IMG/VR virus record: IMGVR_UViG_3300048894_000042
Coordinates: 1 to 26,809 of that record
Reading direction: 5' to 3' (one strand)
Length of the DNA: 26,809 bases
Source: a virus
Lineage: Duplodnaviria; Caudoviricetes
Part shown: positions 15,549 through 23,662 of the stretch, one piece after another
Layout: each line of letters opens with the position of its first letter
Position numbering within the stretch: the first letter of the stretch is position 1
Translations under genes and position numbers: made by a program
Notes under the pieces: model-generated
Seen by the model: only the letters and a program-made list of their open reading frames with translations
What the model was told of the DNA's origin: nothing
The model's database searches: none

Positions 15549-16018
15549 GCCAGACCATTTCGCCTTTCCGCCTGGAGCACGCGATGGCCGAAGCCATGAA
15601 GCTACGCGCCGAGATCGGCGACGGCGACGACCGGCTGCTGCTCGACACCATCGAGGGGGAGACCGATGTGTTTGCGATCATCGACCGCCTGTCCGAAATG
15701 GCACTTGCCGACAAGCTGCTGGCAGAACGCGCCCGCGAGCGTATCGCCCGGCTGGATGCCCGCGCAGACCGGGCTAGGGCGACGCTACAGCGGATGCTGG
15801 AGGCGCTGGGCATATCCCGGCTGGAGCGCAGCATGGCCACCCTGTCGGTCGCTGAGGGGCCAAAGAAGGCCCATGTCGTCGATGCCAAGCTGGTGCCCGA
15901 TGTCTACTGGCGCCGAGCAATCGACAGCCCATCGCTGCTACGGGCGCTGAAAGCCGGGCCGGTCGAGGGCGCGGAGCTTTCGAACGGAACGCCAGTTCTC
16001 AGAGTCCATTCCCGCTAG
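15545..16018 (+). CDS. Siphovirus Gp157-family protein
   Basis: LLDTIEGETD...coiled coil...ATLSV...VEGAELSNG; lies next to the recombinase gene. Confidence 0.82.
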   Translation: MSQTISPFRLEHAMAEAMKLRAEIGDGDDRLLLDTIEGETDVFAIIDRLSEMALADKLLAERARERIARLDARADRARATLQRMLEALGISRLERSMATLSVAEGPKKAHVVDAKLVPDVYWRRAIDSPSLLRALKAGPVEGAELSNGTPVLRVHSR

Positions 16019-16027
16019 GAGGAACCA

Positions 16028-16852
16028 ATGAGTGAAGTCGCGAACGTCGTCCCAAACAGTGTCCTTGTCTCGTTCATAGAGCGAGCCGCAAGAGACCCTG
16101 ATTTCGATGTGCAGAAGTTCGGGGAACTGCTGCGGATGCAGCGGGAGGTGGAGCACGATCAGGCGCGCAAGGCGTTCAATCGGGCAATGGCGGACGCGCA
16201 GAAGGCAATGCCTCCGGTCATCCGCAGCGCCACCAACGCGCACTTGAAGAACAAGTATGCCAAGCTGGAGGACCTAGATCGGGAGATGCGCCCGATCTAC
16301 ACGGAACACGGATTTAGCGTCCGGTTCGGTTCGGCCCCCTCCCCTGCCGAGGGCAAAATCCGCATTACCTGCACCGTGGCGCATGCAAGCGGCTACTTCG
16401 AGGAGAACTACCTCGACGCCCCGGTGGACGCCGGGAGCCGTTCGGCTACGACGCCTGTCCAGGCGGTCGGGTCCGCTGTGACCTACCTACGCCGCTACTT
16501 GCTAGGCATGGTGTTCAACATCGTGCTGGCCGACGACGACGACGATGGAGAAGGCGTGCGCCGGTCCGCAGCAGCCGCCACTCCCCGCCCCCAGACCATG
16601 CGCGCGGCGGTGGATGAGGACGCCAAGTGGAAAGCGTTCAACACCAAGGTCTATACCGCCCTGGGATCGGCTGATAGCCGCACCGAGGTCGAGGCCATTG
16701 CCGCCAGGCCGTCCGTCACCGAAGCCATAGCCAGCGGTCCAGGGTGGGTGCGCAAGGACCTTTCGGAGATGCTGGCAGATGCTTACGGTCGCTTCCCCGA
16801 TGCCGCAGAGGCCGACGCCGACGCCTCGCACGAGCCGGAGGGGGTGGCGTGA
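16028..16852 (+). CDS. erf: ERF-family ssDNA annealing protein
   Basis: AFNRAMADAQ, KYAKLEDL, HGFSVRF, HASG, QAVGSAVTYLRRY, DDDG. Confidence 0.92.
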   Translation: MSEVANVVPNSVLVSFIERAARDPDFDVQKFGELLRMQREVEHDQARKAFNRAMADAQKAMPPVIRSATNAHLKNKYAKLEDLDREMRPIYTEHGFSVRFGSAPSPAEGKIRITCTVAHASGYFEENYLDAPVDAGSRSATTPVQAVGSAVTYLRRYLLGMVFNIVLADDDDDGEGVRRSAAAATPRPQTMRAAVDEDAKWKAFNTKVYTALGSADSRTEVEAIAARPSVTEAIASGPGWVRKDLSEMLADAYGRFPDAAEADADASHEPEGVA

Positions 16853-17064
16853 TGGCTGACGGTAAATCCGATACGACCACACCCATCTCGTGGCCGACGC
16901 TAGGATCGTGCGTCAAGTCGTGGGAAGGGACGTGCGACTACTGCGGGCAGCCATACCCGCCTGAGACGCGCATCACGTCTCGCTGGTCACGGACACGCTT
17001 CACTATCGCCTGCCAATGCAGCCCAGCGCGATGGGTCACGATGGAGGTTGGCGGTGGACGGTGA
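16852..17064 (+). CDS. Small Cys-containing hypothetical protein
   Basis: 70 aa; TGATG coupling to erf; CDYCG. Confidence 0.55.
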   Translation: MADGKSDTTTPISWPTLGSCVKSWEGTCDYCGQPYPPETRITSRWSRTRFTIACQCSPARWVTMEVGGGR

Positions 17065-17103
17065 AAATCAAACGACCGACGACTGGCACGAGTCAAACGA
17101 CAC

Positions 17104-17346
17104 TCAGCTACCGGAAGGCGCCGTCACCACCAGCCCGTTCATAGCCGCGCAGGCCGCCTTCGCAGCCAGATCAGCCTTGGCAATGTTCGCCTGATCCTCG
17201 GGCTTGGCGTCGATCACGATTGCAATCGGGGCGGCCTGACTTTCCACGGCACACGCAATTGTAACGGCGTTTTGCGCCTGTTGGGCCTGCTGCTGGGTGC
17301 AGGCAGCGACGAGGATGGCAAGGGTGATGAGGCGGTTCATGTTCAT
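17104..17346 (-). CDS. Putative lipoprotein
   Basis: MNMNRLITLAILVAAC lipobox-like signal; ATGA overlap. Confidence 0.65.
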   Translation of the reverse strand: MNMNRLITLAILVAACTQQQAQQAQNAVTIACAVESQAAPIAIVIDAKPEDQANIAKADLAAKAACAAMNGLVVTAPSGS

Positions 17347-17516
17347 AGCCCCCGCCAATAAGTGCCACCACCGAACAGCAGAAGCACCACTAGGACCACG
17401 AGGATCAGGCCCACGATCCCGATGCCACCGCCGCCGTAATAGCCAGAGCGATAGCCGTATAGTCCTCCACCCCCGAGAAGTAAAACCAGTACTAGGACTA
17501 TTAATAATAAACTCAT
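17343..17516 (-). CDS. DUF3309-like small membrane protein (absent from the ORF track)
   Basis: 57 aa MSLLLIVLVLVLLLGGGGLYGYRSGYYGGGGIGIVGLILVVLVVLLLFGG...; GAGGAG RBS. Confidence 0.75.
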   Translation of the reverse strand: MSLLLIVLVLVLLLGGGGLYGYRSGYYGGGGIGIVGLILVVLVVLLLFGGGTYWRGL

Positions 17517-17518
17517 AA

Positions 17519-17830
17519 CTACGTCTCCTCTTCCTCAGTCGCAGACCAGGCGTATCCGACATCGAACGCTACGGTGATGAGCGCAGCCATACCGAGATCG
17601 CGGGCCGCGTCGTTGATGCGCGCGACGTGGACATGCAAAGCATGGCGCACCCGTAGGTCATACGGTGTATCAGGCCACATCTCAGCGGCGAGGGCTTGGT
17701 ATTTCACGACATGGCCAGCGTGTCGGATCAGCGTCTCGACAAGTCGGAACGCTGACCGTTTGCCGCCTTGACTGGACAAGGTGATAGCCCCGTAGGGAAA
17801 GACCAGACGGTTGCCCTCCAGGTGCGCCAT
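17519..17830 (-). CDS. Stand-alone OmpR/PhoB-type winged-helix DNA-binding protein
   Basis: LVETLIRHAGHVVKYQALAAEMWP...ALHVHVARI...ITVAFDVGY resembles Trans_reg_C; no receiver domain; TAATG coupling. Confidence 0.75.
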   Translation of the reverse strand: MAHLEGNRLVFPYGAITLSSQGGKRSAFRLVETLIRHAGHVVKYQALAAEMWPDTPYDLRVRHALHVHVARINDAARDLGMAALITVAFDVGYAWSATEEEET

Positions 17831-18141
17831 TACCTGCCAGCCGCCGGATCGGTTGGTGCGGTAGTCGTGGTCGTCGCGGCGGGAGTGGTGGTAGTGATGG
17901 TGGTAGGGATTGCACCCACTAACGCCGCATCCTTGGCCTGGCTCCCCTTGCTGGAGCCGAAGAAAAACCCCGTGACGCTGCCGAGCCCAGTACCGACCAC
18001 GAGGCCGCCGATGGTGTTGCGCATTGCACTGTCCCCGAGCACAAACACCCCGGCCACTGTCCCAGCGGTGATCGCCAGCACCACCATGGCAATAACCACC
18101 TGAGGCGACCAAAGGCTATCCTGCGATACGCTTCCGCTCAC
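17830..18141 (-). CDS. Putative holin
   Basis: Two TM segments followed by GFFFGSSKGSQAKD, a motif typical of phage holin-like proteins. Confidence 0.65.
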   Translation of the reverse strand: MSGSVSQDSLWSPQVVIAMVVLAITAGTVAGVFVLGDSAMRNTIGGLVVGTGLGSVTGFFFGSSKGSQAKDAALVGAIPTTITTTTPAATTTTTAPTDPAAGR

Positions 18142-19745
18142 TGATGCACCTCGATGACCTGTAGATCAGGCTGGCGCATGGTAAAGCTGATGCCATTTCC
18201 CGGAGCGATAACCTGCGTCGTCGGCGTAGCGACCAGAGGATTGCCAAAGGAATAGCGCACGATCTTGCTCTTCGGTCCGGCATTGAAGGTCACGCCGATC
18301 TGCGATGTCGCGCCGCTGGCCGCATCCTGCTCGTTCCAGAACGCTACGAGGAACACACCATCGGAACGCTGCATCACGCCGAAACTGCCGCCCGACGAGT
18401 TGTTGTATCCGAGCGGCAATCCGGTCACCGTCATATCGAGCCGGCCCGGCACAAAAGAGGCCGCAGTAGCGCCGCTGTCTCCACAGATTTTGATCAGGTT
18501 CGACATCAAGGTGGCGGACGGCCGCATCAATGTCGGATCATTGCCGTGGAACAGCCCCACCGGCTTGGCGAAGGTGTTGGCGTAGTCCCACAGGCAGAAC
18601 CAGGTCAGAATTTGCTGCTGCCAGTCGAGCGCGCCGGATAGCTTGGCGAAGGCGGTATAGAGCGCGCCCAGCGTCTCGTCTGCCGTGTTGTTGTAGAGCA
18701 GCGGATGGAACTCGCTGGTCGCCGGAGGCAGCCCGCCATAGGTCCTGCTGATCCCCTCGGTCCTGGCCTGTAACTCATGGTTGGGACTGCCGCGGTTTGG
18801 GTAGTTGTGGATGTTCGCCAGGTCGGATGCGGCAATGATCGACTGTAGGGTGGACGCAGAGCCATAGTAGTTCTGGATAAAGTTCGGATCGCCGGTCATA
18901 TCGGCCACCGATGGCGACATGGTCGGAATCCCCGCAGCCTGCGCGGCGGCATAGACTTTCTGCTGGGCTGACAGGCATTGTGCCGGGGTAGTCGGGCCAA
19001 AGCCAAAGCTGGTGGTGTTATTCGGCTCATTATAACCCTCAGCGCACTTCAACCAGCCCCCATCTGCCTTGGAGGCTTGGATGATCTGTACAAGCCCGTC
19101 GGCGCTGGCGAAGTCGCTGACACAGGCCGTAAAGCGTGCGTTGGGAAATCCAGCCAGGACATTTCGACACCAAGCGATCTGCGCGGTAGGGTCGGCCGCG
19201 GCGTATATCCGAAGCAATGGAACGATGCCCGAACTACCCCAGATCGCGCGTAGAGCCGCCACATGTGCGTTAGGACCAGCATTGGACCCCGCGCCATCCT
19301 GGCCGTTCGGAAAGCAGTTGGCGCCGAAACCATTAAGCACATCGACCACGCGATGTGCCATTATTCCGCTCGGATCACTAACGGGTCCCACCGGCTGGGG
19401 TGGCACAACTACGGTGGGATCGGATGAGGCCAGCCAGGCCGTGCCGGTCCACGTGTACCAAGCCCCCGATGTCTTCATAAAGTAAAGGGCATGATTGGAA
19501 TAGACCGCCGTCACGACGGGCGGCGTGAATCCGTCCTGATAGCCATTGATACACAGCACTGCACTAGCATCGACGGTCCAGCGATCGAGCTGCGCATCGT
19601 AAATAACGCCGCTGCCGGCAGAGATCGTCGTTCCGCTGGGCGATTCCCCGGTTGTCGGTGGTGGCTTCGGCTGCGCTGCCTCGAGCGCAGCGACACGCGA
19701 TGACAGCGCGTCGAAGTCGGCAGCAGTCGGAACCTGAACGCTCAT
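18138..19745 (-). CDS. Clan GH-A (GH5/GH39-like) glycoside hydrolase with N-terminal coiled coil and accessory beta domain
   Basis: EGYNEPNN acid/base motif, NIHNYP, ATSEF nucleophile-like motif; C-terminal beta-rich region; start 19745 with GGAGG RBS. Confidence 0.72.
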   Translation of the reverse strand: MSVQVPTAADFDALSSRVAALEAAQPKPPPTTGESPSGTTISAGSGVIYDAQLDRWTVDASAVLCINGYQDGFTPPVVTAVYSNHALYFMKTSGAWYTWTGTAWLASSDPTVVVPPQPVGPVSDPSGIMAHRVVDVLNGFGANCFPNGQDGAGSNAGPNAHVAALRAIWGSSGIVPLLRIYAAADPTAQIAWCRNVLAGFPNARFTACVSDFASADGLVQIIQASKADGGWLKCAEGYNEPNNTTSFGFGPTTPAQCLSAQQKVYAAAQAAGIPTMSPSVADMTGDPNFIQNYYGSASTLQSIIAASDLANIHNYPNRGSPNHELQARTEGISRTYGGLPPATSEFHPLLYNNTADETLGALYTAFAKLSGALDWQQQILTWFCLWDYANTFAKPVGLFHGNDPTLMRPSATLMSNLIKICGDSGATAASFVPGRLDMTVTGLPLGYNNSSGGSFGVMQRSDGVFLVAFWNEQDAASGATSQIGVTFNAGPKSKIVRYSFGNPLVATPTTQVIAPGNGISFTMRQPDLQVIEVHQ

Positions 19746-20014
19746 TTCCGTCCCTCCGCTGCCAGCACGGCAGCCCGTAGCCTCTGGTAATCGAGCGCGC
19801 AGCGATCCCGCTCTGCGATGGCTGCATTCGCGACCTGAGCCGCAGTCCGTGCCCATGCCAGAAGTTGCAGAATGCTGCGGTCAGTCGGTGGGGGCTTTGG
19901 CAGGGAAGCGGCCGTCTGGCAGAACGGCGGCGCATCTGGTGGCATGATCGCCACGGGCGGAGCTGGGGCGGCAGCACAGCCGGCGACGACCAGTGCCAGG
20001 GCAATCACCCTCAT
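19742..20014 (-). CDS. Putative o-spanin (Rz1-like lipoprotein)
   Basis: MRVIALALVVAGC lipobox followed by a Pro-rich segment; overlaps the end of the i-spanin candidate. Confidence 0.6.
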   Translation of the reverse strand: MRVIALALVVAGCAAAPAPPVAIMPPDAPPFCQTAASLPKPPPTDRSILQLLAWARTAAQVANAAIAERDRCALDYQRLRAAVLAAEGRK

Positions 20015-20448
20015 CTCGGCCGCGGCCCTACCAGAGGCGCCCGCAGCGCGTCTCTTACCTCTGCACGCAGGTCTGCGACGCTTTGCTTTAGCTCTGCGTT
20101 GGCCTGTCGCTCGTTGTTCCTGGCTTCGGCATCGGCCTGCTGCGCCCGCTTCTCGACGGCATCTATGGTGCCCCGCAGATCGGCGAGCTTCCCAACGATG
20201 GCGTCTAGCTCAGCGCCCTTGACGCCTAGCTTCATGCGGTCCGACTGATACGCCTCGATACTACGGTTGATCGCGTCTACGCTGCGCTGGAGCGTCGCGA
20301 CCTGTGTCGTCAGCTCGCCCATCTCCCGGTCATCGCGCCCGCTGTGCCCGTCGATGATCTTCCAGCCGCTACCGAGCCCGGCGACCATGGCCAGCACGAT
20401 CACGCCATCCTTCCGGTTCCAACCCCAAGGCGCCACCTCATCTGCCAA
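20011..20448 (-). CDS. Putative i-spanin (Rz-like)
   Basis: N-terminal TM (GVIVLAMVAGLGSGW) followed by a long coiled coil. Confidence 0.55.
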   Translation of the reverse strand: MADEVAPWGWNRKDGVIVLAMVAGLGSGWKIIDGHSGRDDREMGELTTQVATLQRSVDAINRSIEAYQSDRMKLGVKGAELDAIVGKLADLRGTIDAVEKRAQQADAEARNNERQANAELKQSVADLRAEVRDALRAPLVGPRPR

Positions 20449-20707
20449 GCGACATCATCCCCACGAGCCACCGGATAACGATTGGCCCGGCTGAGGACGC
20501 CAGAAGAACCAGGAGGCCGACCGACACGCCGGAGCCGAGGCCGCTGAACCAAGTCTGGCGGCGCTGACGACGTTCATACTCGGCTGCCATGTAGGCGAGG
20601 AGCTTCCCGAATTTCTCTCGATCACTAGGTACGCCAGGATCAAAGCCACCGGCCATAAACATGCGAGACGCAGCACTCTCCCGTCCGGCCGGGCGCTCAT
20701 CGTACAC
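20438..20707 (-). CDS. Small membrane protein, possibly holin- or antiholin-like
   Basis: C-terminal TM after RRQRR; first gene of the lysis-like module; start uncertain. Confidence 0.5.
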   Translation of the reverse strand: MYDERPAGRESAASRMFMAGGFDPGVPSDREKFGKLLAYMAAEYERRQRRQTWFSGLGSGVSVGLLVLLASSAGPIVIRWLVGMMSLGR

Positions 20708-20900
20708 GTGAGTGAGAAGGTGTGAGGAATATTACACCTTGAAAACCGTCTACGGATGTAAATAATGGGGATACGGGCGCCAAAGCGGTCCGCGTTGGAC
20801 CTCGGGGGGTGCCTGGCTGTGTCATCCTCGGTGCCTCTCATGCACTGGGGGTGGGCCTGGCCGGCGCCGGGATTGCAGTCTCGGCGTCGGTTCGCGCGCT

Positions 20901-20930
20901 ACGATAGCGCCGCAGGTTGTGATGTATCAA
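20901..20930 (-). promoter_or_regulatory. Putative sigma70 promoter upstream of the lysis-like module
   Basis: TTGATA-N18-TATCGT (GCTATCGT context) immediately after the stop at 20938. Confidence 0.45.
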
Positions 20931-20937
20931 GCATTAG

Positions 20938-21477
20938 TTATTGCGCCGGGAAGTAGTGCGCCACCGCCGATTGAATCTGGATTGAGTTGGCGGTCGCGGT
21001 TGTCGCGTTCTGAGCCGTCAGTGACAGCGTGAGCGGAGAAGCGTCGTTGACCGCAGCAGTCGTGCCATTCTGCGCGACGTTGTTCGTGGCGTTGTTGTTG
21101 AAATACCACAGCGCCTGAGTGCTCGATCCGGTCTTTATGATCCAGCAATCCAGCAGCCACGTCGTATTCGACGCCGCTCCGTTGGTGGCGGTACAGGTCG
21201 TCGTGCCGCCTAGTTTGACACGGATCGACTTGGTGTCGGTGGTCCCGGCAGAGACGCCGCGCCCGGTAAAGTGGATTGCATCACCTACGTTCACCAGACT
21301 GACCGTGCCTGTATAGGCAGCAAGCGCATCCTCTGTCGTGTCGGCGCCGTTCCCTTGTAGGGTGCTGCCGGAAAATATGAGCTGGACCCTAGACGGGGTA
21401 GACGTAACGGTTTGCGCTGTCGCTGGACCGACCGCCAGTGTTACGATGAGAGCCGCAGCCAGGAGCAACCTACTCAT
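20938..21477 (-). CDS. Thr/Ala-rich beta-strand protein with predicted signal peptide
   Basis: MSRLLLAAALIVTLAVGPATA-Q Sec-type signal; AGGTGG RBS before 21477. Confidence 0.7.
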   Translation of the reverse strand: MSRLLLAAALIVTLAVGPATAQTVTSTPSRVQLIFSGSTLQGNGADTTEDALAAYTGTVSLVNVGDAIHFTGRGVSAGTTDTKSIRVKLGGTTTCTATNGAASNTTWLLDCWIIKTGSSTQALWYFNNNATNNVAQNGTTAAVNDASPLTLSLTAQNATTATANSIQIQSAVAHYFPAQ

Positions 21478-21607
21478 GGGACCACCTATCAATGCCGAGT
21501 TCGTCGGCACGCTGTTGGAGATAGCGTGCGCCAAGACCCTGGAGAGCGCGCACGCCATAGCTCTCGAAGCTCTGCTCGCCATGGGGATCAACATTCCCAG
21601 CGATCAC
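21470..21607 (-). CDS. Small hypothetical protein (absent from the ORF track)
   Basis: 45 aa MIAGNVDPHGEQ...WSHE; GTGA overlap; fills the gap exactly. Confidence 0.4.
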   Translation of the reverse strand: MIAGNVDPHGEQSFESYGVRALQGLGARYLQQRADELGIDRWSHE

Positions 21608-21765
21608 GCTGCGTCGTCGGATACGACGTGCATCGGCACCGGCTGCTGCCTGTCGGCCGACTGAGCCTCCGCCTGCTTCTGCATCAGCAGCCGCATGACG
21701 GGATCACGGGCAGCGATCTCATTGAGTAGAAACTGAACTTCTTCCGGCGAAAGGGTGACATTCAT
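21604..21765 (-). CDS. Small protein after the tail fibre, possible assembly chaperone (absent from the ORF track)
   Basis: 53 aa MNVTLSPEEVQFLLNEIAARDP...DDAA; AGGA RBS. Confidence 0.65.
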   Translation of the reverse strand: MNVTLSPEEVQFLLNEIAARDPVMRLLMQKQAEAQSADRQQPVPMHVVSDDAA

Positions 21766-21775
21766 ATGGATTATC

Positions 21776-23539
21776 CTATGTCGAGCTGTCAGTCAGAAGG
21801 CCAAAGTTAGCGAGTGCGGTAAGCAACGAAGCCAGCGCGGCATTTGCGCCCTTAGAGCCGGTCACTGTGGGCTTGACTACTGCGGTCGCTCCGAAGAAGC
21901 CCAGCTTCTGTCCGGTATCCGACAGATTGAGCGAGCCGGTTGCTGCGGTCGTCAGATTGAGCGTGCAGCCGGTCCCGTTGCCGCTGAGCGTAGCCACTGG
22001 GTTGGTCGGCGCCGCTGCCGCATAATGGGTCTGGATCAGCGTTACCGTGGCAACCGCGGAACCCGTGCGCGAGGCAACCTGCCAGAGATTGCCCATCGCA
22101 TCAGTGAGATATTCGTTTAGGATGTATCCCGAACCGCCCGCCGCGACTGTCGCCGAGACCGCCCGCACGTTCGGCACGCTAATCTTGGTGCCGGTGCTGC
22201 TGTGGCTGATCGCCGCCGGGCCGAGCACCGGGAACTGGCCGGCGCCATCGATCTCCAGGCCGGTGCTTGTAAGCAGACGGTTCGTGAAGTGCAAACCGAT
22301 CAGATTGAAGCCGTTGTAGACGGTCGGATTCCAGCCGAATGAGAGATTTGCTTCGCGATTATAGTAAACATCCATGATCGCCGTGCCGGACAGCGTAGGG
22401 TCCCATGGCAGCGCGGTGCCAACCGCGCATAGCTGAAACACGGTTTTGTTGCCGCCAGTTCCTGGTGCTATGGTGGGGCTGGAGCAAGCCGCGTAGGCGA
22501 AGTCCTCGAACGTGCCATGAGCTGCGTCATTGATTCCGCAGTTTGTGACGATGTTCCCTTTGCTGTCCGCCGTGTTGCCGGCAAGCAGGCGAATGTCGTT
22601 CTCCTGGTTGAGCAGACGTCCAACGTGGCCGCCAGTCCCGCCGACGCGGCAGTCGAAGTTCACGCACGAGGCCCTTGAGTTTGTCCCGATACCTTCGGTG
22701 GCATCGAACTGCATAGCCACAAACATATTCATGGCCGACGTTGTCAGGCCATCCGCCGCTGCAGCGGACTTGTTGTAGGTCAGCGCCAGTTGCCAGCGGT
22801 CTCCCGATGCTCCCGCATTGTAGTGGTGGACCATTGAAAGCTGCGCCGATGCCGTCAGAGCACGCGCGGCAAATACCGTGTCGTTGACCTGCCAGTAGTT
22901 GAAGTGCGGGGCGCCAACTCCGGTGTCTAGCGTGCCGGTAAAGTTCGTGTTGAAGTTTATCCCCATCGGGGAGAGGCCACCGCTCCCTGCGGCCACACCA
23001 GAGGTCATGGTATGCGTGCCTGCCTGGGAAACCGTGCCGTCTATCTGAACAGCCGTTGAAGTGCCGTGAAAATTATAGACAGCATTGGTGAATGTCAGGT
23101 TCGGGTTCCAGGTGTAGGAACCAGTGGCCCGCGTTGCCCGCAGCACCGTGCCAAGCAAGTTCCCCGCGTCGTCATACGCCAGCGTGTCGCGGTTCGAACC
23201 TGCGTTAGCGCCGGTCTCCGCGGTCGCGTTGGCGCTCTCCTGCCAGCGCCGGTTAGCGTTGGCGCTGCCGCCTGTCATAAACTGGAACGCGCGCGAGGCG
23301 CCAGCCGGGCCAATAACGTTGAAGTTGGCCGCAGTGGTGCCGGTGCCGACCGTGGTGGCGCCGTTCAGCGCAGAGGTGCCCTGGTGCGTCACTGCACCGC
23401 TGACCACCCCACCAGCCAACGGCAGATAGGCCCCCGTGGCGGCGGTGACATACCCCTTGCGCACCGCATCGGTGTCGGCCACCGGGTCGAAGTTCAACGT
23501 AGCGCGGTCCAGAGTGGGCGTGGGGTAGGTGGCACTCAT
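21776..23539 (-). CDS. Tail fibre / receptor-binding protein
   Basis: 587 aa Gly/Ala/Thr-rich; DAVRKGYV, YLPLAGG, NATAETGANAGSN; C-terminal KLGFFGATAVVKPTVTGS...LLTALANFGL. Confidence 0.78.
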   Translation of the reverse strand: MSATYPTPTLDRATLNFDPVADTDAVRKGYVTAATGAYLPLAGGVVSGAVTHQGTSALNGATTVGTGTTAANFNVIGPAGASRAFQFMTGGSANANRRWQESANATAETGANAGSNRDTLAYDDAGNLLGTVLRATRATGSYTWNPNLTFTNAVYNFHGTSTAVQIDGTVSQAGTHTMTSGVAAGSGGLSPMGINFNTNFTGTLDTGVGAPHFNYWQVNDTVFAARALTASAQLSMVHHYNAGASGDRWQLALTYNKSAAAADGLTTSAMNMFVAMQFDATEGIGTNSRASCVNFDCRVGGTGGHVGRLLNQENDIRLLAGNTADSKGNIVTNCGINDAAHGTFEDFAYAACSSPTIAPGTGGNKTVFQLCAVGTALPWDPTLSGTAIMDVYYNREANLSFGWNPTVYNGFNLIGLHFTNRLLTSTGLEIDGAGQFPVLGPAAISHSSTGTKISVPNVRAVSATVAAGGSGYILNEYLTDAMGNLWQVASRTGSAVATVTLIQTHYAAAAPTNPVATLSGNGTGCTLNLTTAATGSLNLSDTGQKLGFFGATAVVKPTVTGSKGANAALASLLTALANFGLLTDSST

Positions 23540-23579
23540 TCATGTGGCTTTCATGCAACGAGGTGTGGTATGGTAGCCA

Positions 23580-23660
23580 GACGGCGCTAGGGTAGCTCCC
23601 GAACTCTCGGCCTCCGACCGAGCCGCGCCGTCGCCAATCATCGGAGGGCCTAGGAGGGCC
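23580..23660 (+). ncRNA. Structured leader / c4-like three-way-junction RNA
   Basis: P1 GACGGCGC/GCGCCGTC, P2 GGG-TAGCT-CCC, P3 CTCGG-CCTCCGA-CCGAG; P3 loop complementary to TCGGAGG at 23641; extended -10 TGgTATGGT at 23566-23574. Confidence 0.6.
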
Positions 23661-23662
23661 AG

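Noticed and set aside
17855-19190. GCGGTAG matches on the plus strand (near 17858 and 19183)
   Set aside because: Wrong strand relative to late transcription, and the following C of the ops core is missing
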